62,506 bases of DNA, filler included, from Nemertoderma westbladi (GCA_032718475.1; 4 parts of 4 records of this genome joined end to end with filler, not necessarily neighbours in it), one strand, 5' to 3'; positions 34,861 to 47,800 are shown, counted from the whole stretch's first letter. The notes: generated by a model not told the origin, from the letters alone. Program-made: numbers and translations.

Positions 34861-35164
34861 ACTGACATAAATATTTACATTGGATTTCGACAGAGGCGCT
34901 AACAGCTGGCTACAGTAATTTATATTACAAACATACAGTTAGTGAGAGAGTAATACTGTAACTAATACTGATCTATGAATATTGCCATCCTAAAGCCAAC
35001 AGCAGTGCACTTTATAACATAATGCCAAACATACAGCTAGTACCTGGCTTGTGTTTTTATCATTTCGAAGAGATGTGTTCGACCTTTGAGTTCAAGCAAC
35101 AGTGACCATCTATAGCTGTCTTTACAGTAATAAATTAATTAATGGGCCTACTTGCGAGAGGTAT

Positions 35165-36071
35165 AAGGGGTAACGAGGTGCCCTGAATCGAGTGGCGGGG
35201 TGTGTATTTAATAAAATCACGAGGAAACGTTCGAAATGGTTGGTTTAAGTAAGCGCGGGAAGTCAAAATGATTTTGAAAATCGGCTGTGATTAGCTTCTA
35301 CATATTTGTATACCTATTTGTCTACCTATTCCGATACTGCAATGCAATAGGTGGCTAGGGCTGAGTTGATTAGTTCTTGCATACGGGGTCAGGCAATCTA
35401 CCAAGTGTGCAAAATTGCAAACAGTATTATTTATAAGTGTTTGTAGTGTTAAAAGACGCGCTTGACTCTCCGATTTCAATTGATATAAGCCAGGTGAGAA
35501 ATGATTGTAGAGCGAAACATATCAAATTAATGATGAACTCATTAATTGGAAATCATTAAACTCTAAACTTTAAACATTAAATATTGTTGAATGACCTTTA
35601 GTCAGTCAGCCTTTGCTTAAACTTTTGTGGTGACTGGTATATATATTAAAGTTACATAGATATAACTTATGCAATCAATTTTGTAATAATATTAATTATA
35701 CAATTTGTAAATTAAACATTTGTCTAAAGGTAAAATTATATTTCGAATTTATTTCACATTGTTCATATTGTTTTCTTAATTAATCTTAATCAATTGACTT
35801 TATTGTGCACAAAAATTATTGAACCTTACAATGATGTAGATTAAATGTGTATTTAAATCGATCGAAAATCAACCCATAGAAAACAATATAAGAAATTATC
35901 TGAGTACTGCTAAGTGACGTGATGTCAAATATGTAACAGCCAATCACAGCCGATTTTCAAAATTGGCTTCCCAGGCTTACTTATACTTAAACCCGCCATT
36001 TCGACCGATTCTTCATGTTTTTACAAAAATCACACACGCCGCCACTCGATTCAGGGTACCTTGTTACCCTT
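35165..36071. mobile_element. Non-autonomous DNA element with ~135-bp imperfect TIRs and 3-bp TAT target duplication
   Basis: aaggggtaacgaggtgccctgaatcgagtggcgg... versus ...gccgccactcgattcagggtaccttgttaccctt; TAT at 35162-64 and 36072-74. Confidence 0.85.
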
Positions 36072-36256
36072 TATTCGATTGTTTCTAGCCCAACAATTTT
36101 TTCGCGCACCAACCCAATTGATACCCTTGATCATCCGGGCGTGACCGGACAATTGCCGATTTTATTAGTTGTAGTTAGTGGATCGGCCCATATTAAACCT
36201 AATCCATCATGTCTGTCCCCTTCCATACTACTAAACTTGTACCGAAAGTCTAATAT

Positions 36257-36391
36257 TTATTGCTGAAGACTTACAACACATCGTACGCATTCATCTGTCC
36301 ATATTTCCATATTTTCATCTGAATAAGAACTGTGGCAACTCAAACCGTAGCCAACTGCCACAAGTGATGTAAGAATCAATAAGTGTTTCAT
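36257..36391 (-). CDS. Signal-peptide/Cys ORF (first exon or pseudogene of a secreted, possibly Ly6/three-finger-like protein)
   Basis: MKHLLILTSLVAVGYG|LSCHSSYSDENMEIWTDECVRCV; a gtaagt donor follows CV. The same frame continues past stops toward the element at 36071. Confidence 0.5.
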   Translation of the reverse strand: MKHLLILTSLVAVGYGLSCHSSYSDENMEIWTDECVRCVVSLQQ

Positions 36392-37129
36392 AATTATGAA
36401 AGGAATTTATACTAAAGAGATTGTAATTTTATAATATAATATATTAACAAAATAAATACTACTTAATAAATTAATACTTAATAAATACTTACTAATACGT
36501 AATAAATACTATTGCTGGAAAGGTTGATATTAGCAGCTGTCGAATTCTGAATTGTTTCGGATGGGAAAACGTGAGCATTCTGATCAATTAAATTTCGTTG
36601 TTGTTGTGCGTTAGTCGGTCAGTGTGTCTGGTCGTAGTGAAATGTAAATTTAATAAATTGCACCAAAAAAAAATATATAAAACGACAATGTGAAATAGTT
36701 CTATTTGGCATTACCATAACATAGTAATACCATTTCATCTACATAGGTTTCAAAAAAACAAAAATTACTTTCTAATATAACTAGCTAAATAGTAAAGATA
36801 TTCTAGCTAGTATAAAATGCTTCTCAAGAAGAATTGAGAATTGAGAAATTACTGATAGATGATCAGATGTGTACTACAGTAATGAATAATTCGAAAGTTC
36901 GTAGAAATAAGTGACTTAAAGTTCAACAAGGCTTAAATATAGTGATGTGTTGAATTATAATTATAACATTCTGGAAACTGGAAATATTCTGTGTAATCTG
37001 ATTTCATCAGCTACAGTTTGAGCGATGTAACCTGCTTTTATATAATTCTCGTTTCGATGACTGAACTGTACGTGGAAGACTCAGCGATCGACTTTATTCA
37101 AAAGTTTTGGTAATTGTGTGGTTGGTAAA

Positions 37130-38990
37130 TCGTTTTTTACTGTCGTTGAGCAGCAAGCGACGCGAGGTAGATTGCGGTCCCGCCTTTCAACGCTGTTACA
37201 AGCCCCCCCCCCCCCCCCCCCCCCCAAAAGTAATGGAAAAAGTATTCTTTGGGTCCATAGAGCCTGTTAAAAAGGATTTCTCCTATATGACTACCGGGTA
37301 TGCACGGTGGGAATTATCGTTAGAAATGTGATAAATTTAGGAACAGTTGAAATTGTGTGTCAAAGTTTGTCGGTTTAGCGTAATTTTCGTGTAATATTTA
37401 ATAAGTTCTGGAATTTTTATTAATTATGTTTCCAAGAGATTTAGAATTGTTATTAATTTTATTTATCAAAGTTATAATTCACTTTTGTTTCCAATATAGT
37501 CTGGTCCCAAATCCTGAAAATACGCCTAGAAAGCGATGGCGAAGGCAAATTTGGGTAATGGCTGGCATCCAACGGTTTTTAGCTAAATCGAGTGTGCTGA
37601 TTCCGAATCCGTCTGATGCCAAGCTCAATTGTGCATTTTTGGGTCCCGTTTCACCATGGCAACAGGAGGTGATTTGCAAAACACCACTTTCTATTGACTC
37701 TACATAATTCTAACCTTGTCCTACCCCCCCCCTAAACCGGCATCAGAGAATCCATTGAGGTACATTTTAGAACCCAGTTACCATGACAACTGTTCGATAT
37801 ACGTCTTCAAATGTCGTTTTTACTCCAAATTTAGGTGAATTTTTGCAAATATCAATAGTTTTCTAAACTATTGACAAATACGTGTTCCCCTTGGGCTAAA
37901 ATCATGAAACATTCCAAATATATTGTAAATATGAACCTCTATAATTTTAATGGTGGCGCCATAAAAATCGATTAGAAGTTGCCATGTATCCATGGAAACT
38001 AGCAAAAAATAACCTTGTGCAATGTTTCATCACTTTACATATAGTTACTATCAGTTTAAATAGAAATCAATTTAGGGTCAATTACCGTACACGTTCATAA
38101 CCCAAGACAATTATTTACCGACGCAGCTTGTCTTTTCTTATTACCATAGCAACGGGAATCATTTCGTAATATGTAGAATATCCGTCAGAAACATGTCATA
38201 TGTGTTTCAGGTGCATAACAATATGTTATAGGGTCAACATTCATGATCACAAGCGAAGTCATTTTTCTATTGTTACCATAGCAACGGGCATATTTTATTA
38301 TTTATATATTTCAAATATCGTTGGTATTTTATTCGCCTTAGAGGTTAATAATTTAAAGATTTTTGATATTTAAAAGAATATGGGGTCTTCTGTAGTTATT
38401 CTATTTGACAAAGTCATGTTTTATGGTCATAGCAACGGGAATTTTCCTCCTAATACGATAATAACTGTTGGTTTTCCCAAAATTTTTTAAATAGTGCAGT
38501 TCAGACAAATTTTAAAATCTGGGACGTATATCAAATCACTAAAATATGTTTTAATTTACTTTATTTTCTTAGCAACGAAAGTTTACCATAGCAACCGGGG
38601 GTTTTTCATATGAACATTTTTGCATAGGTTTTAAATAAGAGGAGCAAGTTATCTGTAGTGATGGCATGTTTTGTATAACAATGATAATTTTTGCATAGCA
38701 ACGGCTACTTTAGCTTAGCAACGACGTTTTTTCATTGTAACAGCGGTCTTTTCACTACAAAAACATATTTTATAAAGAACATAAAAGGTGAGTTTTACAG
38801 TGGCAATAATCAACTATGTATTTGTTTTTTCCATAGCAACGGTAAGTTAATCCTAAGCAACGGGGACGTTTGTATAGTAATGACTAGTTTACCTTAGCAA
38901 CGGAATGTTTTTACATGGTAACAACTAGTTTTCAAGGAATCCCAAGTAGTAACACCACCTTGTGGCGAGTTTTATATAGCAACTAGATAC
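37130..38990. mobile_element. Non-autonomous element dense in (cc)atagcaac/gttaccat motifs; possibly Helitron/Helentron-derived
   Basis: About 14 RFX X-box-like half or full sites between 37648 and 38922; small hairpin followed by CTAG near 38955-38986. Confidence 0.5.
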
Positions 38991-40140
38991 TAGATCACGA
39001 GATAATCTTTTATAAATTTTGTGCGCTGGAATATAACGTGGCTTCTTTGAAGTCCCTGACTTCAGCCATAACTGGGCACATGTCATTTTACTGTAGTGGG
39101 CTATGAGTAACACAAGAACATCTGTCTCTCTAGACGATTCCACTATAGAATCTGCATCAATGTTCAGGCAGTGCAATACTATACGAGTGTCTACCTCTTC
39201 ATGATTTCCTTGCAGTGAAGATACTTCTAAATCTCTATCAGATGATCTGTGATAATTATATCACGAAGACCTCCAGCTACTACAAGTACCTTGCTTACAG
39301 GAGTTCGACATATTATGTTTTCAGTTAATAGCTCAGACACGTTCGTGGGGACTTCGCGCAGTACGTAGTCGGCAAGCCTTGGCATACGGTTCATATAGAG
39401 CAAATGGGGCATGTCTAGTTTGAACCCCATATCCCATGCTATAAATGTATTCATTCGATATGCAATCATATGTTAATCCGCTAGGTGGTGTCAAATTGTT
39501 ATTCTGCAATTTTGTACTTACCAGTGCAGCACTGTACAGCAGTACCGTACCGGTAGGCCTATGTCATTACTTCTGAGTCTCTAGCGGATCCCCAATTAAA
39601 TGTCTTAACTTTTCAATTTCGTAAAAGATAGACTTCATGATTCTCTACAGGCCACCAAAATTTCAGCTCAGGAAAATGAGGCCTTCCCGAGAAATTTAAC
39701 ATTTTCTAAAAACCACAAAATCTGTCGTAGCTGACGTCAGACTGCATGATTTTTCACCAAACTTTACAAACTTTCTAAACTTTCTCTCTACTACTTGCCT
39801 ACTAAGTTTGGTTCAATTCCGAACCAGCGATGCCGAGAAATTCGCGTTCAAACATTTACCAGACGGACGGACAGACAGACAGACGGACATGCCCCATTTA
39901 CCCTATATGAACCGTATGCCAAGGCTCGCCGACTACGTGTCTCGCCCCACAAGTCAAGCTTATTCTCACCCAAGGGTATAAAACTTGCCCAGTTACTTGA
40001 TAATGGGACTGAGGAATCTTTATTGACCCGTCGTATTGGTCTATGATCTTTGCTCCTCTTTTTCCTTGTACCATCCTTGATGGAACACTGTTGGTAATGA
40101 TCGGATGTCTCATCAATTCGGTCAAATAGTTTCCCTTTGT
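38990..40140 (-). pseudogene. Broken transposon-associated gene with HEE(V)DTR / ETDVLVLL motifs (FEN/XPG PIN-like), split by an insertion
   Basis: FDRID..DHY..SIK...NWASF...NKLDL at 40140-39950 rejoins SELLTEN...GNHEEVDTRIVLHC...RETDVLVLLIAH...GTSKKPRYIP at 39335-39000. Confidence 0.7.
39335..39952. mobile_element. Non-autonomous element with ~55-bp subterminal inverted repeats and GACA/GACG microsatellite (HINE/MITE-like)
   Basis: 39363-39416 is the reverse complement of 39886-39938 with few mismatches; it interrupts the gene above. Confidence 0.8.
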
Positions 40141-40164
40141 TCAGAAAAGAATCCACAAACATAT

Positions 40165-40601
40165 CGTCATAATCACCAAATGTAACTCATGGGACTCATT
40201 GGCCAAAATGTACGATTTATTGCTTAATAATCGCCTTAAAAAATGGTGCTGTTTGGATAAATGCCAAGCGGGTGGGTTGCCAGGTCGTGGGTGCTTAGAG
40301 CAAATCATGACGTTACGTCTACTAATAGACCTTGCAATTTTCAAAAAAGTGAAGTTATTTGTGCTGTTCGTAGATTTCAGCAAAGCCTACGACCGTGTAC
40401 CTAGACAGTCCCTACTAAGCTATTTAAAGTCATTGGGCTGTGGTAGAACAATGTTACTGGCTATCCAAGCAGTATATAAATGTACTCGTGCAATTTTGAA
40501 GTCCGCAGTAATTGTAACGACTCTTGGTGTCCGTCAAGGTGCCCCTACAAGTAGTATCTTATTCTGTTTGTATCTTGAGCGGTTAGTGAGAATGGTAAAA
40601 A
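40165..40601 (+). pseudogene. Non-LTR RT fragment cut off by the MULE terminus
   Basis: QAGGLPGRGCLEQI, FVDFSKAYDRVPR, GVRQGAPTS; similarity stops abruptly at LVRMVK. Confidence 0.85.
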
Positions 40602-41060
40602 GGGATAGTTGGAAATTAAGCACACAATCAAACACAACCAAACACACACAAACACAATCAAACACAGTCCAAATGTTAACCAATTTTGTCAAACACAGTC
40701 CAAATCGGAAAGCCAAGGTAATTCTACGTCAGTTTGTATAAAAATTATTTTCAAAATGTCCGTACAATGCCACTATTATTGCCAATTTATATCTCAACGC
40801 ACAGCTGGACTGGTTGCTAGGCACTAGTGACGTTGGCCTTATATCCCCTGTACACTGATGTACAGTACAGCCTCTGGTAGAGCTGTAGAGGTAGGCAAGG
40901 CATATTTCAGTATTGCTATCATATACCGGTACCGGCTGACCGGTAATCATCCAGTCCTCTAATCCAGTAATCTATTCTGTCTGTCAGGAGGGCAGATCCT
41001 TGCCGGTACAGACAGAAATTTTATCAACTATATCAGTATTATATTGTTCTAATCTATCTT

Positions 41061-42507
41061 ATGAATTCACGAATTACCGGTACCAGTATCAGTATGGCTG
41101 CGTCGAGTAGCAATCTTACCGGTATGGGGGCAGGTAAAACGGGTGCCGTTTTAACTGTGATGAAAGTATTGGAGATGTTGGAATTTGGATTACCGCTATC
41201 GGATGTGAGGGTTGGCCAACCGAATTTGGGAAATAATGAATTCCCCGAGGACGAGTTTACCACTGTTTCGACTTTGGCGAAGCTCACGGAGACAGACCGA
41301 TGGCCATGGATTCGGACGAGCAGCACCAAAAACAACTATCTCGTCAACTATTGCCATGGATCTAGTCGAATTTTGAGGGAAGAGAGGCGAAACGGGGAGC
41401 GATGCGTGCGGCTCTATTTTAATGTGCAAGTGGGTAACCGCTGGACGAGGAAATATATATCAGGCGACGCTGGATCTACCAGTAGCGGGACTTCTACGGA
41501 TATCGAGACTGATGAGTGTGTCATTGAAATTTCCCGAGTTTACTATCGACATCCAAGCAATAGTCTTTTCACAAGGACAGTTTGGGGTGTTGCGCTTACT
41601 ATTGGAGACCTTCCGTTTACTTTACATCCTGATCTCATTGTGTTGGATTATAAATGGAGTGGGGAAACTGACAGAAACTCACTACTGGAACCTGTAGGCT
41701 CGATCGGCCGGACTACTTCTCATCATCACGAGATTCTTCCTAGTGAGCCTAGGGCTGAGCCGGTACCAACCATTTCTGTTAGGCCTGTGAAACGACAAGC
41801 CAATACCGTTAATGGTCAAGAGGAGACCATACAACGCATTTGTGCTACCGGTAATCGGCCAGGTACAGCTAGCGTTTCGGTACCAATAATATCTGGATGG
41901 AGGCCTATAAAACAAGAACACGGTACAGATAAAGATGTCATTACCATTGATGGTGAGCCCGTGATTGTTATATATTTATTATTGCGTTATTATGTTCAGG
42001 GATGGCATAACGAAACGAAATACATTTCAATTTCGTTTCGTTTTACATTTTTATGTAAAATTAATTTATTAATTAAACATTATTTAAACTGATTTAATTT
42101 AATTCCCAAAATTTTTATATTTCCTTTTAGATGAAAATGATGAAGTAGCTACGAGTTCGGGATTGATTAACCTGAAGGATATCTTGATGTGTGACGATGT
42201 TACAAGTACACCATTGGACCAATACGAAATAATACCGAAACCCCGCCTGCCTAAGGAAACTCGTATATGTAGATCATCCAGTATTTGTTGTCAAAATTTT
42301 ACTAATTCCAACATAGTGTTTCGTAAGAGGGCAGTTATTGAGATCAATAACAAAAAGCGATTTGGGAATCAATATTACCACCGTGTGTGTGCTGAAAAGG
42401 AGAAAGGTTTTGGTTATGATAAATGTTTCATTCTAACTAAAAACTTAAAGTACCTTGACGAAGAAGTAATAAGCTACTTTGGTGGTAAAGGAGTTCAATT
42501 TTTATGA
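41061..42507 (+). CDS. Spliced accessory gene, join(41061..41952,42131..42507), ~422 aa, with C-terminal Cys/His finger
   Basis: Phase-1 intron 41953-42130 (G|gtgagc ... ttttag|AT) joins two listed ORFs in frame; C-terminal CRSSSICC...YYHRVC. Confidence 0.75.
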
Positions 42508-42710
42508 ACTGAAAGTACAGCTGTAATGATGTGTACAATGTTGCACTAAGCTAAACTGTAATATAAATATAATATGGATAAATATTAATAATTATTTTTA
42601 TTTTATTATTACATGGCGGGTTTTTCGATAAAAATTTTATGATTGAAATTGCAAATGGGTCAATATGACCCGAGCAGAATAGGAAGGAAAGCACTGTGCC
42701 CAAATAGTGC

Positions 42711-42782
42711 TGCCCCATCTAGGGATCGAGCCAGGGCTCCCTAATTGGAAGCCCAGGAATGTCACCACTAGACCAAGCTGCT
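42711..42782 (-). pseudogene. tRNA-Gly(TCC)-like degenerate sequence
   Basis: A-box tggtctagtgg, loop cttccaa, B-box-like ggctcgatccc; acceptor stem imperfect. Confidence 0.5.
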
Positions 42783-42960
42783 GCTTTTAATTTTAATAAT
42801 TAAATTATTAAAATTGTAAATTAAAAATTGAAAATTATTAAAATTATCAATTATGAACGTAATTGAAATCTAATTTCGCTCCAGTTAATTATGCAACAAG
42901 AACATAGAATTTAATTGAATTTCATAAAATTTAAAATACAACAATAAAAAACATAAAATT

Positions 42961-44731
42961 CTAATAGAAATAGTCCGGCTTCTTGCGGTTTCTTTGTTTT
43001 GATAGGTTTGTATAATCCTTTGGGCTGGCCATTTTGCGATTTGTATGAGTAGTAGAATTGTACGGCTTCTTATGTTTCCTTTGTTTTACTAACATTGTAA
43101 CACCCTTTAACGAGCTCGCCTTTATACGTTTTGTAAGACTAGAAGTAGAATTGTACTTCTTAACTCGTGGTTTTTTCCCTGCTTTTGGATCCTTCACCAA
43201 ACAAGATTTAAAAACTGCTGAATTGGTTATCTTATCTGTGAAACTTTCAATTTCACCATTAAACAATGCACAGGCGACAAGGTGCTCACAGAAACTAAGA
43301 GAGGCAGCAGTAGAACAACTCGGATCGCAACTGTTAATATCAATCCCTCTCACTTCAACAAGTGGTGATACAGTATTAGGTGCCACCAAACTCTTTCGAA
43401 CCACAAATCCGGCGCCGGGTGCTTTTGAAACCTGATGTCGGAGCTTCCATCCTTTATTGAAAATAGATTCGACAAGTATAGAACTAATACCATTAGGTGT
43501 TGGTAGGTGTAGTGGGTATCTAATTAAGCTTTGATATGGTTTGGAGCCGCACATTGACAGCAATACCTCAAGTTGTTCACTGTCGGATTTCTTTACCCAT
43601 TCATTCAATGGGACAAAATGCTCTCGATACTGAGGAGACAGAGACCAATTCCCACTTCCACAAATTGCTTTATAGCACTCACCCAAGTCTTCTCCATATA
43701 AAACACTGATGTGATTGTAAAGCTGGCATAAAGTTAAAGAGCGCTTCCCAATAGTTTGTTCCCGAATACGTTTGTTTGTGCCCTCGCTAATAGATGAACG
43801 ATACGGCTTGTCACAAGCAATGCCAGCGTTGAGTCTAACAGATTTAATGCAGAAATTCTTAAGTTTTTCAACTTTATTCTTAAAAAACCAATCCCAATAA
43901 GCATTTAACGCTAATGACAACCATCTCTCCTTCACATTTTCTACAGCCTGATTGTACTCGACAACATTCTCAGATTGAACTAGAGCAAACATATCTCGTA
44001 GGATAATGTCCCGTTTGATTGGGTCAACGTGAAGCTCATCCATCTTTCTAACACAATTTTCTGTGATATGCGTATAACATAACAAAAACTTAGCATTGAA
44101 AAAGCGACCAATACCATCACGAATCGCAATCTCATCATCTACTCCTATTGCTATATTTGCAGCTGCTAAAGAAGGGAAAGAAATAGCTAAGGTTGAAGAA
44201 AAATATTCAAAAGCCGGCGTTGTTGACTTTGAATGAATATACACAGGTCCCAAAATACTAGGATGTGAGTTGGTCCTCTTATTCAGAAACCACGGAGCTT
44301 GATAACTAAATAAAGTAACAAAATAGGCTCCAATATTGTAGGTTTTGTCAATTTGAAGAACAGAACCAGATCGCAAAGACGCAAATTCCATCAATTTAAC
44401 ACCGTTTTCATCTGCTAAAACAATGGATAAACCTTGCTGAGTACAGCCTGCTGATCTGATTATCTTTCCCTCGTCAGTTTGCATCAACATAAGAATGTTC
44501 AGCATCTCATCCTGAGAGCCTGTAAGACCACGTTTATCCTTCTTATTAATCGATTTATTTATATCGTAAATAATACCACGATTCGGTATCTCATATTGAT
44601 GTTCCTGATAAATGTGTTGGGGTTTCTTACCGCCCTTTAATTCCTTCTCAACGATATCTCGGGTAATTTTAGCAATTCGTTGACGTGGTTGAACTAAATG
44701 TCCCTTTCCATTTATTGTAGGAATCATTTGT
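42961..44731 (-). CDS. MULE DDE transposase with SWIM-like finger, 5'-partial at the linker
   Basis: QIDKTYN (D), GVDDE (D), CYTH (CxxH), ISEGTN (E), CDPSC...FCEH; basic C-terminus; no internal stops. Confidence 0.88.
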
Positions 44732-44831
44732 NNNNNNNNNNNNNNNNNNNNNNNNNNNNNNNNNNNNNNNNNNNNTTAATTAATTAANNNNNNNNNNNNN
44801 NNNNNNNNNNNNNNNNNNNNNNNNNNNNNNN
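44732..44831. other. Artificial contig linker
   Basis: N44-TTAATTAATTAA-N44. Confidence 0.97.
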
Positions 44832-47800
44832 CCGTTTGTAGGCCGGTTCCGATCTAACTGTTTGTAGGCCGGTTCCGATCTAACTGTTTGTAGGCCGGTT
44901 CCGATCTAACTGTTTGTAGGTCGGTTCCGATCTAACTGTTTGTAGGCCGGTTCCGATCTAACCGTTTGTAGGCCGGTTCCGATCTAACTGTTTGTAGGCC
45001 GGTTCCGATCTAACTGTTTGTAGGCCGGTTCCGATCTAACTGTTTGTAGGCCGGTTCCGATCTAACTGTTTGTAGGCCGGTTCCGATCTAACTGTTTGTA
45101 GGCCGGTTCCGATCTAACTGTTTGTAGGCCGGTTCCGATCTAACTGTTTGTAGGCCGGTTCCGATCTAACTGTTTGTAGGCCGGTTCCGATCTAACTGTT
45201 TGTCGGCCGGTAACGATCTAACTGTTTGTAGGCCGGTAACGATCTAACTGTTTGTAGGCCGGTAACGATCTAACTGTTTGTAGGCCGGTAACGATCTAAC
45301 TGTTTGTAGGCCGGTAACGATCTAACTGTTAGTAGGCCGGTTCCGATCTAACTGTTTGTAGGCCGGTAACGATCTAACTGTTTGTAGGCCGGTAACGATC
45401 TAACTGTTTGTAGGCCGGTTCCGATCTAACTGTTTGTAGGCCGGTTCCGATCTCACTTTTTGTAGGTCGGTTCCGATCTAACTGTTTGTAGGCCGGTTCC
45501 GATCTAACTGTTTGTAGGCCGGTTCCGATCTAACTGTTTGTAGGCCGGTTCCGATCTAACTGTTTGTAGGCCGGTTCCGATCTAACTGTTTGTAGGCCGG
45601 TTCCGATCTAACTGTTTGTAGGCCGGTTCCGATCTAACTGTTTGTAGGCCGGTTCCGATCTAACTGTTTGTAGGCCGGTTCCGATCTAACTGTTTGTAGG
45701 CCGGTTCCGATCTAACTGTTTGTAGGCCGGTTCCGATCTAACTGTTTGTAGGCCGGTTCCGATCTAACTGTTTGTAGGCCGGTTCCGATCTAACTGTTTG
45801 TAGGCCGGTTCCGATCTAACTGTTTGTAGGCCGGTTCCGATCTAACTGTTTGTAGGCCGGTTCCGATCTAACTGTTTGTAGGCCGGTTCCGATTTAACTG
45901 TTTGTAGGCCGGTTCCGATCTAACTGTTTGTAGGCCGGTTCCGATCTAACTGTTTGTAGGTCGGCTCCGATCTAACTGTTTGTAGGCCGGTTCCGATCTA
46001 ACCGTTTGTAGGCCGGTTCCGATATAACTGTTTGTAGGCCGGTTCCGATCTAACTGTTTGTAGGCCGGTTCCGATCTAACTGTTTGTAGGCCGGTTCCGA
46101 TCTAACTATTTGTAGGCCGGTTCCGATCTAACTGTTTGTAGGCCGGTTCCGATCTAACTGTTTGTAGGCCGGTTCCGATCTAACTATTTGTAGGCCGGTT
46201 CCGATCTAACTGTTTGTAGGCCGGTTCCGATCTAACTGTTTGTAGGCCGGTTCCGATCTAACTGTTTGTAGGCCGGTTACGATCTAAGTGTCTGTAGGCC
46301 GGTTGCGATCTAACTGTTTGTAGGTCGGTTCCGATCTAACTGTTTGTAGGCCGGTTCCGATCTTACTGTTTGTAGGCCGGTTCCGATCTAACTGTTTGTA
46401 GGCCGGTTCCGATCTAACTGTTTGTAGGCCGGTTCCGATCTAACTGTTTGTAGGCCGGTTCCGATCTAACTGTTTGTAGGCCGGTTCCGATCTAACTGTT
46501 TGTAGGCCGGTTCCGATCTAACTGTTTGTAGGCCGGTTCCGATCTAACTGTTTGTAGGCCGGTTCCGATCTAACTGTTTGTAGGCCGGTTCCGATATAAC
46601 TGTTTGTAGGCCGGTTCCGATCTAACTGTTTGTAGGTCGGTTCCGATCTAACTGTTTGTAGGTCGGTTCCGATCTAACTGTTTGTAGGCCGGTTCCGATC
46701 TAACTGTTTGTAGGTCGGTTCCGATCTAACTGTTTGTAGGCCGGTTCCGATCTAACTGTTTGTAGGCCGGTTCCGATCTAACTGTTTGTAGGCCGGTTCC
46801 GTTCTAACTGTTTGTAGGCCGGTTCCGATCTAACTGTTTGTAGGCCGGTTCCGATCTAACTGTTTGTAGACCGGTTCCGATCTAACTGTTTGTAGGTCGG
46901 TTCCGATCTAACTGTTTGTAGGCCGGTTCCGATCTAACCGTTTGTAGGCCGGTTCCGATCTAACTGTTTGTAGGCCGGTTCCGATCTAACTGTTTGTAGG
47001 CCGGTTCCGATCTAACTGTTTGTAGGCCGGTAACGATCTAACTGTTTGTAGGCCGGTAACGATCTAACTGTTTGTAGGCCGGTTCCGATCTAACTGTTTG
47101 TAGGCCGGTTCCGATCTAACTGTTTGTAGGTCGGTTCCGATCTAACTGTTTGTAGGCCGGTTCCGATCTAACCGTTTGTAGGCCGGTTCCGATCTAACTG
47201 TTTGTAGGCCGGTTCCGATCTAACTGTTTGTAGGCCGGTTCCGATCTAACTGTTTGTAGGTCGGTTCCGATCTAACTGTTTGTAGGCCGGTTCCGATCTA
47301 ACCGTTTGTAGGCCGGTTCCGATCTAACTGTTTGTAGGCCGGTTCCGATCTAACTGTTTGTAGGCCGGTTCCGATCTAACTGTTTGTAGGCCGGTTCCGA
47401 TCTAACTGTTTGTAGGCCGGTTCCGATCTAACTGTTTGTAGGCCGGTTCCGATCTAACTGTTTGTAGGCCGGTTCCGATCTAACTGTTTGTCGGCCGGTT
47501 CCGATCTAACTGTTTGTAGGCCGGTTCCGATCTAACTGTTTGTAGGCCGGTAACGATCTAACTGTTTGTAGGCCGGTAACGATCTAACTGTTTGTAGGCC
47601 GGTAACGATCTAACTGTTTGTAGGCCGGTTCCGATCTAACTGTTTGTAGGCCGGTAACGATCTAACTGTTTGTAGGCCGGTAACGATCTAACTGTTTGTA
47701 GGCCGGTTCCGATCTAACTGTTTGTAGGCCGGTTCCGATCTAACTGTTTGTAGGTCGGTTCCGATCTAACTGTTTGTAGGCCGGTTCCGATCTAACTGTT

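Larger units (their letters stand above)
40602..44731. mobile_element. Mutator-like DNA transposon (MULE) with two convergent genes; right end lost in the linker
   Basis: Begins GGGATAGTTGG exactly where the RT fragment ends, followed by aaacaca-type subterminal repeats; contains a DDE transposase. Confidence 0.6.

Noticed and set aside
41508-41536. CTGATGA...GAAA hammerhead-like core
   Set aside because: Inside coding sequence, weak stem II and no stem I.
44700-44900. Satellite as part of, or target of, the MULE transposase
   Set aside because: They are separated by an artificial linker, so adjacency is unsupported.
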